NCBI GenBank assembly: GCA_005882275.1
Contig: VBAK01000108.1
Coordinates: 3,317-67,316 of the forward strand
From: Candidatus Segetimicrobium genomatis
GTDB lineage: Bacteria; Sysuimicrobiota; Sysuimicrobiia; Sysuimicrobiales; Segetimicrobiaceae
Reading direction: 5' to 3'
Length of the DNA: 64,000 nucleotides
The notes beneath the pieces are model-generated. The model made no database searches. It saw only the letters and a program-made list of their open reading frames with translations, and was not told where the DNA came from. Of this stretch, positions 19,743 to 28,800 are shown piece by piece. The number at the start of each line of letters is the position of its first letter. The first letter of the stretch is position 1. The translations under genes were made by a program, and so were the position numbers.

Positions 19743-20978
19743 GTGAGCGCCAAGGGACGCCCGGCGATGCCGTACGGGTGGGGCCGCGTGCCGTATGCCT
19801 ACTCGGACCGCCTCCCGTGGATGAACCTCCCGTTCCCGATCGAGGAATATCGCGAGCGGCTGCGCCGCCTGGGGACGCGCATGGCCCGGGACGGCCTCGA
19901 CTGTCTCGTCGTGCTCGGCAATCCCGCCGACGGCACCAACATCAGGTACCTGACGAACTTCGAAGATTTCTACGGCGGGGACAGCCTGCTCGTCGTGCCG
20001 CGGGACGGCCCGCCCGGCTTCACCACCAACGCCGTGATGCACGGCGAGCCGATGCACTCCGGCATCCAGGACTGCTGGGTCGAAGACGTGCGCTGCGCCG
20101 CGGCGCCCCGCACGGTGACCGGGGCGGCGAGCCCGGCCACCGTCTACGATCACGTCGAGGACTTCATCGTCGAACGGGGGTGCGGCGGGGGGACCATCGG
20201 GGTCGCCGGCGTCTCCACCGACCGGCTCGAGCGGTTTCTCGGCGAGACCTTTCCCGACGCGCGGGTCGCCCAGGCCGCCGGCCTGCTGCGCGAGATGCGG
20301 ACGATCAAGAGCCACCGCGAGGTCGAGGTGATCCGCCGGGCCTGTCATCTGGCGGACGAGGCGCTGGAGGCCGCGATGGACGCGGTGCGCCCCGGCATCA
20401 CGGAGTTCGAGCTCGCCGCGGAGGCGTACCGCGCAATGTTCGCCGCCGGCGCGGAGCATCCGGCCTTCGCGATTTCCGTGTGCGCCGGCGCCCGCGCGGG
20501 ATTCAAGCACATGGCCCCCACGGCGTACCGCGTGCAGGCCGGAGATATGGTCTATATGGACGTGGGGGCCCGGTACATGGGCTACCACAGCGACGCGTCG
20601 CGGCAGCGCGTGTGCGGCTCGCCGACGGCCGAGCAGCGGCGGTTCATGGAGACCCAGATCGCGATCGTGGAGGACGTGATGGAGGCGGCGCGCCCGGGGG
20701 CCGTCATCGGTGCCCTGGCCGACATCGCCGCGGCCCGAGCCGGGGAGGCGGGATACGCCGACGACCTCTATTTCCGCGGCCACGGGATCGGCGCGGCCGT
20801 GCAGGACCTGCCGGCGTTCGCGCCCGGCAACCCCGCGGTCCTGGAAGAGAACATGGTCTTCGCGTTCGAGCCGATGCTGGTTCGCGCGGGGTTCGGGACC
20901 GCGTGCTGGGAGGACGACTGGCGCGTGACCGCGTCGGGGGTCGAACGTCTGAACCAGTGCCGCATCCGGTGGTGGTGA
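19743..20978 (+). CDS. M24-family metallopeptidase (Xaa-Pro peptidase/creatinase-like), paralog 2
   Basis: Shares the N-terminal pattern VPY...DR.PWM.LPFP..EY and NxxMHGEPMH with paralog 1. Metal-ligand boxes YMDVGARYMGYHSDASR, HGIGAAV, FAFEPM, CWEDDW. Confidence 0.85.
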   Translation: MSAKGRPAMPYGWGRVPYAYSDRLPWMNLPFPIEEYRERLRRLGTRMARDGLDCLVVLGNPADGTNIRYLTNFEDFYGGDSLLVVPRDGPPGFTTNAVMHGEPMHSGIQDCWVEDVRCAAAPRTVTGAASPATVYDHVEDFIVERGCGGGTIGVAGVSTDRLERFLGETFPDARVAQAAGLLREMRTIKSHREVEVIRRACHLADEALEAAMDAVRPGITEFELAAEAYRAMFAAGAEHPAFAISVCAGARAGFKHMAPTAYRVQAGDMVYMDVGARYMGYHSDASRQRVCGSPTAEQRRFMETQIAIVEDVMEAARPGAVIGALADIAAARAGEAGYADDLYFRGHGIGAAVQDLPAFAPGNPAVLEENMVFAFEPMLVRAGFGTACWEDDWRVTASGVERLNQCRIRWW

Positions 20979-20999
20979 CGGGCGTCCGGGAGGTGGAGC

Positions 21000-21689
21000 A
21001 TGGCCATCTGGGATGACGTGATCCCAAAGGAAGAGCGGGAGTTGTACGAACGCGGGGGATGGGGCGGGACCGTCGGCTTCGGCCGCCGGCCGGCGCTGCT
21101 GGTGGTGGACATGTACGCGGCCTTCGTGGACCCCAAGTACCCGTTCGCCAGCCCCGCGGCTCCGGCGACGGTCCGGGCGATCCAGCCGCTGCTGGCGGCC
21201 GCCCGCGGCGCCGGATGTCCGGTGTTCTTTTCGAGAGCGCGGGCGCGGTCGATTCCGGCAGAGCGCGGTCGATGGAAGACGGCGGCCAGCCGCCGGCCGG
21301 TGATGGCCGACGCCGCCGCGTACGAGATCGTCCCCGAACTGCGGCCGCTCGAGCACGAGTCGGTGGTGGTGAAGTCCGCGCCGAGCGCCTTTTTCGGCAC
21401 CGACCTCGTGAGCTACCTGGTGTTTCACAACGTCGACACCGTGATCGTGACGGGCACCGTGACGAGCGGATGCGTGCGGGATACGGTCCTGGACGCATTC
21501 AACTACAACTACCGCGTGATCGTGCCGGTCGAGGGCGTCTGCGACCGCGGGATGACCTCACACAAGGTCGCGCTGTTCGATATCCACATGAAGTACGGCG
21601 ATGTGGTCCCGATGGCGGAGGTGCTGGCGTACCTCAAGACGGTCCACCACGGGGAGCAGGAGTTGGTGGCGGGCGCGCGGCCGTCGTGA
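21000..21689 (+). CDS. Isochorismatase-family cysteine hydrolase (N-carbamoylsarcosine-amidase-like)
   Basis: Asp-Lys-Cys triad context: PALLVVDMY, VVVKSAPSAFFGT, VTGTVTSGCVRDT. N- and C-terminal layout resembles CSHase-type members (from memory, not searched). Confidence 0.85.
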   Translation: MAIWDDVIPKEERELYERGGWGGTVGFGRRPALLVVDMYAAFVDPKYPFASPAAPATVRAIQPLLAAARGAGCPVFFSRARARSIPAERGRWKTAASRRPVMADAAAYEIVPELRPLEHESVVVKSAPSAFFGTDLVSYLVFHNVDTVIVTGTVTSGCVRDTVLDAFNYNYRVIVPVEGVCDRGMTSHKVALFDIHMKYGDVVPMAEVLAYLKTVHHGEQELVAGARPS

Positions 21690-21735
21690 CCGAGGCGGCC
21701 AGATCATCAGGCAGCATCATGAGGAGGGGATGTTC

Positions 21736-23334
21736 GTGAATCGACAGGTGATGGCGTTGATCGTCGCGGCCGCGCTGTGCGGCGCGCTCGCGGGCGTGGG
21801 CGGACCTTCGCCGGCCACGGGGCAGGGTGCCGGGGTCTTCCGGACGCCGCTCGGGGGCGAGCCGCCGACCATCGACCCGTACTTCGCGACGGACTTCGCC
21901 TCCGGCGACCTGACGTTTCTGATGTACACGACGCTGGTCGGCTTCGACAGCAGCGGCCGGCTCGTGCCCGAGGGCGCCCGGAGCTGGGACGTTTCCCCCA
22001 ACGGGCTCGTGTACACCTTCCACCTGCGCGACAACGTGGCGTTCCACAGCGGCCGCAAGGTCACGGCGGCGGACTGGAAGTGGTCGTTCGAGCGCATGGG
22101 GGACCCGGCCCTCAAGACGTCCGTGGCGGACGTCGTCCTGGCCGGGGTCGGCGGGTTCGACGCCCAGCAGAAGGGCGCCGGCGGGCTCGCCGGCATCAAC
22201 GTCATTGATCCGGCGACGCTCCAGTTCGTCCTGAACCCAGAGGCGCGGGGCGGTTTCCTGAACCGTCTCGCCTACTACGCCGCGGTGGTCCTCGACCGAG
22301 ACGTGGTGGAGCGCGGCGGCCAGGGCTGGTACGAGAAACGCGACGCCGGATCGGGACCGTTCATGCTGCGCGAGTGGGTCCACAATGACCACGTCACGCT
22401 CACGGCCGACCCGCGGTACTTCCTTGGGGCCCCGAACCTCGCGCGCGTCGAGCTGCCGATCGTCACCCAGGCGGCCACGCGGCTGGCGGAGTATCAGGCC
22501 GGCCAGCTCGATCTCGTGCAGGTCCCGCTCGCCGATTTCCAGCGGATCCAGGCCGACCCGGCGCTGGGGAAGCAGCTGATCGTCTTCCCACGCGCGCAGT
22601 TCATCTGGCTGGGACCGAACCCGCGCGTGTACGAACCGTTCAGGGACGCCCGGGTGCGCCGCGCCTTCGCGCTCGCCATCGACAAGGCGAAGATCGCCCG
22701 GACGGTGTTCTTCGGGTTCTACCAGCCCGCCGCATCGATCGTGCCGCCCGGCATTCCGGGATTCTACAGCGGCTACAAGGGACTGTCGTACGATCCCGCG
22801 CAGGCCAAGAAGCTCCTGGCGGAGGCGGGAATGGACGGCAGGCTGCCGCCGCTCGTGATCGCGATGAACCCCATCGCCCAGGACTACCAGATGGCGGCCG
22901 AAGCCGCGGCCGCGATGCTCAAGGAGAATCTCGGTGTCGACGTGAGCCTCCAGCGCACCGAGTTTGCGAACTTCCAGCAGGGGATGAACCGGCGAACCGT
23001 CTTCCAGGCGTTCATGACCGGCTGGGCGGCGGACTACCTCGACTACAGCGACTACCTCGATCTGCTCCTGTACAGCAAGTCGCCGCTCGACCGGGTCAGT
23101 TACGCGAGCCCCGCCTTCGACCGCTTCGTGGACGAGGCCAACGCAGCGCCCACGGAGAGCGCCCGGACGACGCTCTACCACAAGGCGGAGGCCCTGGCGG
23201 TGGAGGACGCCGCCATGGTGCCGATCGTGTTCACGCAGTTCGCGCTGCTCAAGAAGCCATACGTGCGGGGGCTGCAAACCACGCCGGCGCTGTCCGGGTG
23301 GCTGAGGTTCAACACGGTCAGCGTCGAGCGCTGA
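21736..23334 (+). CDS. ABC transporter substrate-binding protein, family 5 (peptide/nickel/opine type)
   Basis: Signal peptide (NRQVMALIVAAALCGALAG), then the family-5 SBP pattern (TIDPYFA, LVGFD, WHSG-like FHSGRKVTAAD, W..DY.D...YL). GTG 21736 has GGAGG 8 nt upstream; ATG 21730 is also possible. Confidence 0.88.
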   Translation: MNRQVMALIVAAALCGALAGVGGPSPATGQGAGVFRTPLGGEPPTIDPYFATDFASGDLTFLMYTTLVGFDSSGRLVPEGARSWDVSPNGLVYTFHLRDNVAFHSGRKVTAADWKWSFERMGDPALKTSVADVVLAGVGGFDAQQKGAGGLAGINVIDPATLQFVLNPEARGGFLNRLAYYAAVVLDRDVVERGGQGWYEKRDAGSGPFMLREWVHNDHVTLTADPRYFLGAPNLARVELPIVTQAATRLAEYQAGQLDLVQVPLADFQRIQADPALGKQLIVFPRAQFIWLGPNPRVYEPFRDARVRRAFALAIDKAKIARTVFFGFYQPAASIVPPGIPGFYSGYKGLSYDPAQAKKLLAEAGMDGRLPPLVIAMNPIAQDYQMAAEAAAAMLKENLGVDVSLQRTEFANFQQGMNRRTVFQAFMTGWAADYLDYSDYLDLLLYSKSPLDRVSYASPAFDRFVDEANAAPTESARTTLYHKAEALAVEDAAMVPIVFTQFALLKKPYVRGLQTTPALSGWLRFNTVSVER

Positions 23335-23356
23335 CAGACCGACCGGACGTCCCCCG

Positions 23357-24277
23357 GTGATCCGGTATCTCGCCTACCGCGTCGGGTTGCTCATCCCCCT
23401 GCTCCTCGGGGCGGCGCTGCTGATCTTTCTCGCCGGGCACTACGCGCCCGGCGACCCGGTCCAGGTGCTGCTGGGCGACCACTACAATCCGGAGGTCGCC
23501 GCCCACAAGCGCCACGAGCTCGGTCTGGACCGCCCGCTGGTCGTGCAGTTCACGGCGTACGTGGCCCGGGCGGCGACGCTCGATTTCGGGATTTCGTACG
23601 TGAACCCGGCCCGCCGCGTCGGCGACGTCGTCCGGGAGACGCTGCCCATCAGCCTGCGTCTGGCCGCGCTGGCCGTGGCAGCCGCGGCGGTCGTGGGCGT
23701 GCTGCTCGGTGTCTGGGCCGCGGTGCTCCGGCGCTCAATCGTCGACCGCCTCATCCAGTTGGGCGTCATCGCCGGGCTGTCCGTGCCCAACTTCGTCGTG
23801 GCCGCCGTCCTCGTGCTGTGGTTCGCCCTGCGCTGGCGTCTGTTCCCCGTCGCCGGATGGGGCGCGCCGGCGAACTATGTCCTCCCCGTGGCGGTCCTCG
23901 CGGCGGCGCCGATCGCGTACATCACGCGCATCAGCCGCGCCAGCGTGCAGCAGGTGCTCACCGAGGACTATGTGCGCACCGCGAGGAGCAAAGGGCTCCC
24001 GGGCCGCGCGATCCTGGCGCGCCATGTGCTGCGCAACGCCGCGCTCCCCATTGTGACGACGATCGGCATGGCGTTCGGCTATGCGATCACAGGGGCCTTT
24101 GTCGTAGAGGTCATCTTCAATATTCCGGGGATGGCGCGCGTGGCCATCGATGCGATCCTGCAGCGCGACTACACGGTGATCCAGACGGCCGTGCTCGTCT
24201 ATACGGCGCTGTTCACCCTCATCAACCTGGCCGTCGACGTCTCCTACGCGGCCCTCAATCCCCGCATCCGGTACTGA
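23357..24277 (+). CDS. ABC transporter permease (DppB/OppB type)
   Basis: MIRYLAYRV...; EAA loop EDYVRTARSKGLPGRAILARHVLRNA; six hydrophobic segments. Confidence 0.9.
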   Translation: MIRYLAYRVGLLIPLLLGAALLIFLAGHYAPGDPVQVLLGDHYNPEVAAHKRHELGLDRPLVVQFTAYVARAATLDFGISYVNPARRVGDVVRETLPISLRLAALAVAAAAVVGVLLGVWAAVLRRSIVDRLIQLGVIAGLSVPNFVVAAVLVLWFALRWRLFPVAGWGAPANYVLPVAVLAAAPIAYITRISRASVQQVLTEDYVRTARSKGLPGRAILARHVLRNAALPIVTTIGMAFGYAITGAFVVEVIFNIPGMARVAIDAILQRDYTVIQTAVLVYTALFTLINLAVDVSYAALNPRIRY

Positions 24278-24329
24278 CCTGCCGGCCGGGCCTGAGGCGC
24301 AAAGCCGAAACGTCCGGGGCGGGGTAACG

Positions 24330-25175
24330 ATGCCGCGCGCACCGGGGCTGCTGCGGGCGGCCCGGCGGGACTGGCCGGCCGCGGCCGCCGCGACGCTGCT
24401 GGTGTGCGTGGTCGTCCTTGCGCTCGGCGCGCCGTGGGTCACCGGATACACGTACGACCGGCAGGACCTGGACCATTCCTTCCATGGCCCCGAGCGCGCG
24501 CACTGGCTCGGCACCGACCAGTACGGGCGCGACCTGCTCGCCCGGCTGCTGCACGGGGCGCGGGTGTCGTTGGCCGTCGGCGGCTCCGCGGTGGCGGCGG
24601 AGTCGGTCTTGGGCGTGACCTGGGGGACCGTGGCCGGTTTCTACGGGGGCCGCCTCGACGCGGGATTGATGCGGATCGTCGACCTTCTGATCGCCTTTCC
24701 GTCGCTCCTGCTCGCGGTCCTCGTGACCGGCATCTTCGGCTCCAGCCTGCTGAACATCGTGCTCGCGCTGACCATGACCGCGTGGCCCGGGATGGCGCGC
24801 ACGATCCGGAGCGAGGTGGTGGCGCTGCGGGAGCGCGACTACATCGAGGCGGCGCGGGCCGTCGGGGCCCGGGCGGGCCGCGTGCTCCTCCGGCATCTGG
24901 TCCCCAACGCGGTGCACCTGCTCGCGGCCCGGGCCACGCTCGATGTGAGCGCGCTGGTCCTCACGGAGGCGACGCTGAGCTTCATCGGCATCGGCGTCCA
25001 GCCGCCCCGCCCCAGCTGGGGACTCATGATCAACGAAAGTTTTCAGTACCTGCAGAGTCATCCGTCCCTGGTCATCATTCCCGCCACCGCGCTGTCCCTG
25101 ACCGTGGTCTCGTTCAACGTCGTCGGCGAGTCGCTCGCCGAGCGGCTCGATCCCCGGCAGCGCCGGCGGGGATAA
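24330..25175 (+). CDS. ABC transporter permease (DppC/OppC type)
   Basis: HWLGTDQYGRDLLARLLHG, EAA loop RDYIEAARAVGARAGRVLLRHLVPNA. Confidence 0.9.
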   Translation: MPRAPGLLRAARRDWPAAAAATLLVCVVVLALGAPWVTGYTYDRQDLDHSFHGPERAHWLGTDQYGRDLLARLLHGARVSLAVGGSAVAAESVLGVTWGTVAGFYGGRLDAGLMRIVDLLIAFPSLLLAVLVTGIFGSSLLNIVLALTMTAWPGMARTIRSEVVALRERDYIEAARAVGARAGRVLLRHLVPNAVHLLAARATLDVSALVLTEATLSFIGIGVQPPRPSWGLMINESFQYLQSHPSLVIIPATALSLTVVSFNVVGESLAERLDPRQRRRG

Positions 25176-25221
25176 GCCCGGACCCTGCGGGGTTCGCGGC
25201 GCCGGCCGCCCCCTCTGAGGC

Positions 25222-25251
25222 TGGACATCTAAACATCTTTCCATCTATAAT
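25222..25251 (+). promoter_or_regulatory. Candidate promoter for comM (TGGACA-18-TATAAT)
   Basis: AT-rich island between the permease stop and the comM start. Consensus -10 at 25246-25251. Confidence 0.5.
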
Positions 25252-25270
25252 ACCCACGGGTGACCGCGGA

Positions 25271-26824
25271 GTGCTGGCACAGATCCAGAGCGCGTCGGTG
25301 GTGGGACTGGAGGCGTCCATGGTGGGGGTGGAACTGGACGTCAGCCCCGGGCTCCCCACCTTCTCGATCGTTGGGCTTCCGGACACCGCAGTGCGGGAAG
25401 CCCGGGAGCGGGTGCGCGCGGCGGTGCGGAACTCCGGCTTCGAGATGCCCGTGCGGCGGATCACCGTGAACCTGGCCCCGGCCGACACGCGGAAGGCGGG
25501 CCCGGTCTTCGATCTGCCCATCGCGCTGGGGATCCTGACCGCCACCCGGCAGATCCCCCCGGACGCGCTGCGCGGGTACATCGTCATCGGCGAGCTCTCG
25601 CTGGATGGGGCCGTGCGCCCCGTCCCAGGGGTGCTGAGCATCGCGCTCGCCGCGCGCGATCCCGGCCTGCGGGGGTTGGTCGTCCCCGCGGCCAACGCCG
25701 GCGAAGCCGCGGTGATCGACGGGATCGCCGTCCACCCCGTCCGTCATCTGTCGGAGGTCGGCCGGGCGCTCCGCGGCCAGGTCCCCTTTACCCCGTTCGC
25801 ACCCTCGACGCGCCCCGCGCCCGCCCCGCCGGACGGCACGGTGGACTTCGCCGAGGTGCGCGGACAGGCGCATGCCCGGCGCGCCCTCGAGATCGCGGCG
25901 GCCGGCGCGCACAACGTCCTCATGATCGGTCCGCCGGGCGCCGGCAAGACCATGCTCGCCCGCCGCCTCCCGACGATCCTTCCGCCGTTGACCCGGGAGG
26001 AGGCGATCGAAGTCACCCGCATCTACAGCGTCATCGGCCGGCTGCGGCCGCAAGATCCGTTGATCACCGTCCGCCCGTTTCGCGCTCCACACCACTCCGC
26101 CAGCCTGCAGGCGCTGGTCGGCGGAGGCCTGCTGCCGCGCCCCGGGGAAGCGAGCCTGGCCCATCTCGGGGTGTTATTCCTGGACGAGCTCCCGGAGTTC
26201 CGGCGCGATGTCCTCGAGGCGCTGCGGCAGCCGCTGGAAGAAGGGCAGATCGCGGTCGCGCGGGTCCACGGCGCCGCCGTGTTCCCGGCGCGCTGCATGC
26301 TCGTCGCCGCGATGAACCCGTGCCCGTGCGGCCGCCGCGGGGATCCCGGCCGGGTGTGCGCGTGCTCTCCGGCGCAGCAGGGCCGGTACCTCAGGCGCCT
26401 CTCCGGTCCGCTCATCGACCGGGTGGATCTGCACGTGGAGGTGCCGCGGGTCGGCGGCGCGGACGTCGTGGCGCTCGCCCCGGGCGAGTCCTCGGCCGAT
26501 GTTCGCGCTCGGGTCGTACGCGCCCGCGCGATCCAGGCCGCGCGCGGCGCCGGCCTGGGAACGACCGCGCTGGCGAACGCGACGGTTCCCCTGGCCGCCG
26601 TGCGCGAGACCTGGGGACTCGACGGCGACGGGCGGAGGTTCCTCAGCCGGGCGATCGATCGGTTGTGCCTCAGCCCGCGGGCCTACGAGCGCATCGTCAG
26701 GGTGGCCCGGACGATCGCCGACCTGGACGGCGCCGGCGACATCCGCGTCCCCCACCTCGCCGAGGCCCTCGGGTACCGGTCCCTGGACCGCCCGGCTGAA
26801 TCCGGCGGGACCGGGGAGCCGTGA
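25271..26824 (+). CDS. comM: YifB/ComM-family Mg-chelatase-like AAA+ protein
   Basis: LAQIQSASVVGLEA...VELDVSPGLPTFSIVGLPD (Lon-like N-domain), Walker A GPPGAGKTMLARRL, Walker B VLFLDELPEF. GTG 25271 chosen; the longer ORF from 24404 overlaps the permease in another frame. Confidence 0.9.
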   Translation: MLAQIQSASVVGLEASMVGVELDVSPGLPTFSIVGLPDTAVREARERVRAAVRNSGFEMPVRRITVNLAPADTRKAGPVFDLPIALGILTATRQIPPDALRGYIVIGELSLDGAVRPVPGVLSIALAARDPGLRGLVVPAANAGEAAVIDGIAVHPVRHLSEVGRALRGQVPFTPFAPSTRPAPAPPDGTVDFAEVRGQAHARRALEIAAAGAHNVLMIGPPGAGKTMLARRLPTILPPLTREEAIEVTRIYSVIGRLRPQDPLITVRPFRAPHHSASLQALVGGGLLPRPGEASLAHLGVLFLDELPEFRRDVLEALRQPLEEGQIAVARVHGAAVFPARCMLVAAMNPCPCGRRGDPGRVCACSPAQQGRYLRRLSGPLIDRVDLHVEVPRVGGADVVALAPGESSADVRARVVRARAIQAARGAGLGTTALANATVPLAAVRETWGLDGDGRRFLSRAIDRLCLSPRAYERIVRVARTIADLDGAGDIRVPHLAEALGYRSLDRPAESGGTGEP

Positions 26825-27591
26825 TCGCGCGCCCGCCCTCGCTCTGGGAGGCCCTGCGCCGCCATCGCGGCTGCCGGACATGCGGCGGCTACCCGATCTG
26901 CCCCAGCTGTCTCGCGCAGAGCCTCGATCCGATTCCCCCCGATGCCTGTCCCCGCTGCGCGCAGCGGTACCTGGGCGGCCGCTGCGCGAGTCTCGGGTGC
27001 CGGCGCGGATGGCTTCGCATCGGGAGAACCTATGCGGCCCTCGGCTACAAGCGGGGGGACGCACAGCGCCTGCTGCTCGCCGCCAAAGACGCCGCCCAGC
27101 CGGGGGCGATCACCCTGCTCGGCCGGCTCCTCGCGGGATTCCTGCTCCGGCACGAGGCGCGGAGCTCGTACGACGTCATTCTGCCGGTGCCGTTTCACCC
27201 CCGGTGTCTCCGGGGACGGCCGGTCCATCCGTTGACCGCGGTCTATTTGGATGCCGCGCCGGCGCTGCGGCCGATCGTGCCGGCGGACGATCTCGCCCCA
27301 CCGTTCCTGGTGCAGGTGCGCGTGATTCCATCGCTGCGGGGGCGGCGCGAAGTGGATCGCTGGCAGGCCGTCCGGGGCGCGTTCGCCCTCGGGTTCGCCA
27401 CGCGCATGCTCCGCGGGGCGCGGATCGCCGTGATCGACGATGTGATGACGACCGGCGCGACGCTGAACGAGTGCGCGCGCGTGCTGTGCGAGGCAGGGGG
27501 AGCCGCGTCGGTCGACGCGGTGGTGTTGGTGCGCCAGCCGTGGGTCAGAGATGCGCGCAGGGGCGTCCCAAGTGCGATGCGCGGCTCGTAA
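26821..27591 (+). CDS. comFC: ComF-family protein (ComFC-like; zinc finger plus phosphoribosyltransferase domain)
   Basis: GTGA overlap with the comM stop. N-terminal Cys clusters (CRTCGG...CPSC, CPRC). PRT motif IAVIDDVMTTGATL. Confidence 0.8.
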   Translation: MIARPPSLWEALRRHRGCRTCGGYPICPSCLAQSLDPIPPDACPRCAQRYLGGRCASLGCRRGWLRIGRTYAALGYKRGDAQRLLLAAKDAAQPGAITLLGRLLAGFLLRHEARSSYDVILPVPFHPRCLRGRPVHPLTAVYLDAAPALRPIVPADDLAPPFLVQVRVIPSLRGRREVDRWQAVRGAFALGFATRMLRGARIAVIDDVMTTGATLNECARVLCEAGGAASVDAVVLVRQPWVRDARRGVPSAMRGS

Positions 27592-27592
27592 T

Positions 27593-27620
27593 TTGACAAT
27601 CTGCGGAGGCCAGGTATAAA
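27593..27620 (+). promoter_or_regulatory. Candidate promoter for dprA-topA (TTGACA-16-TATAAA)
   Basis: Consensus -35 at 27593-27598 starts 2 nt after the comFC stop. -10 TATAAA at 27615-27620. Confidence 0.55.
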
Positions 27621-27672
27621 ATCGCCGGGATACGGGTATAGAGGTAACGACGATCCGGGCGAGCGACGGTGC

Positions 27673-28800
27673 GTGATCGCGCTCCATCTGGTGCCGCTGC
27701 TCGGTCCGGTGCGGATCGCGCGGCTCGTGAGCACATTCGGATCCGCGCGCGGCGCCTGGCACGCGGGCGAAACGGCGCTGGCGGCGGTTCCGGGGATCGG
27801 GCCCCGCCTCGCGTCCCACATCGTCCGGTCGCGCCCGGCGGTGGACGTCGACGTCGCCCTGCGGCGCGCGGGTGAGGCGGGGGCTCGGGTCGCGACCTGG
27901 TGGGACTCGGGGTACCCGGAGCGGTTGCGCGAACTCGACGACGCTCCCCCGGTCGTCTACCTGCGCGGCCGGTGGGAGGGAACGGCGGGACCGGCGGCGG
28001 CGATCGTGGGAACACGGCGGCCGTCGCCGTACGGGGTGAACGTCGCACGCACGCTCGGCGAAGCGCTGGGCAGGGCCGGCGCCGTGGTGGTCAGCGGATT
28101 GGCCCGGGGGATCGACCGGGCGGCGCACGAGGGGGCCCTTCGGGAGGACGGGATGACGGTGGCGGTGCTGGGATGCGGGATCGACGTAGTGTACCCGCCC
28201 GAACACCGCTCTTTAATAGAAGCGATGCTGGCGCGGGGAGGAGTCGTGTCGGAGGTGCCCATCGGGATGCGGCCCCGGCCGCAGCAGTTTCCCCCTCGGA
28301 ACCGCCTGATCAGCGCGCTGGCGCAGGCGGTGGTGGTGGTCGAGGGAGGCGTGGACAGCGGCTCGCTGATCACGGCCCGGCATGCCGCCGTCCAGGGGCG
28401 GCCGGTGTACGCCGTCCCGGGCAGCGTCTTTTCGGCGGCCAGCCGGGGGCCGCACCATCTGCTGGTCCGGGGGGCCCGGCTGCTTCAGGACCCCGGGCCC
28501 CTGCTGGAGGCGGTCGGACTGGCGTGGCGGCCGGGAACAAGCGGCCCCGCCGCCGGGTTAACTGATACCGAGACGCGGGTGTTCGCCGTCCTGGACGAAC
28601 AGCCCGAGCAGATTGACCGGATCATTGCACGGGCCGCGCTGGACGCCGGGTGTGTGGCGGCCGCGCTCGCGACCCTGGAACTCCGGGGGCTGGTCCGGCA
28701 GTGCCCCGGGAAGCGGTTTGCCCGGTGGTCCGTTTTTGAAGGAAGCAACCGGCCGCACCGGGCAGGAGGCGTTCCGTGGTCAAATCACTCGTTGTCGTAG
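27673..28800 (+). CDS. dprA: DNA processing protein DprA (Smf)
   Basis: AIVGTRRPSPYG, VVSGLARGIDRAAHEGAL, TVAVLGCGIDVVYPPEH, FPPRNRLISAL, C-terminal winged-helix-like tail. Confidence 0.9.
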   Translation: MIALHLVPLLGPVRIARLVSTFGSARGAWHAGETALAAVPGIGPRLASHIVRSRPAVDVDVALRRAGEAGARVATWWDSGYPERLRELDDAPPVVYLRGRWEGTAGPAAAIVGTRRPSPYGVNVARTLGEALGRAGAVVVSGLARGIDRAAHEGALREDGMTVAVLGCGIDVVYPPEHRSLIEAMLARGGVVSEVPIGMRPRPQQFPPRNRLISALAQAVVVVEGGVDSGSLITARHAAVQGRPVYAVPGSVFSAASRGPHHLLVRGARLLQDPGPLLEAVGLAWRPGTSGPAAGLTDTETRVFAVLDEQPEQIDRIIARAALDAGCVAAALATLELRGLVRQCPGKRFARWSVFEGSNRPHRAGGVPWSNHSLS

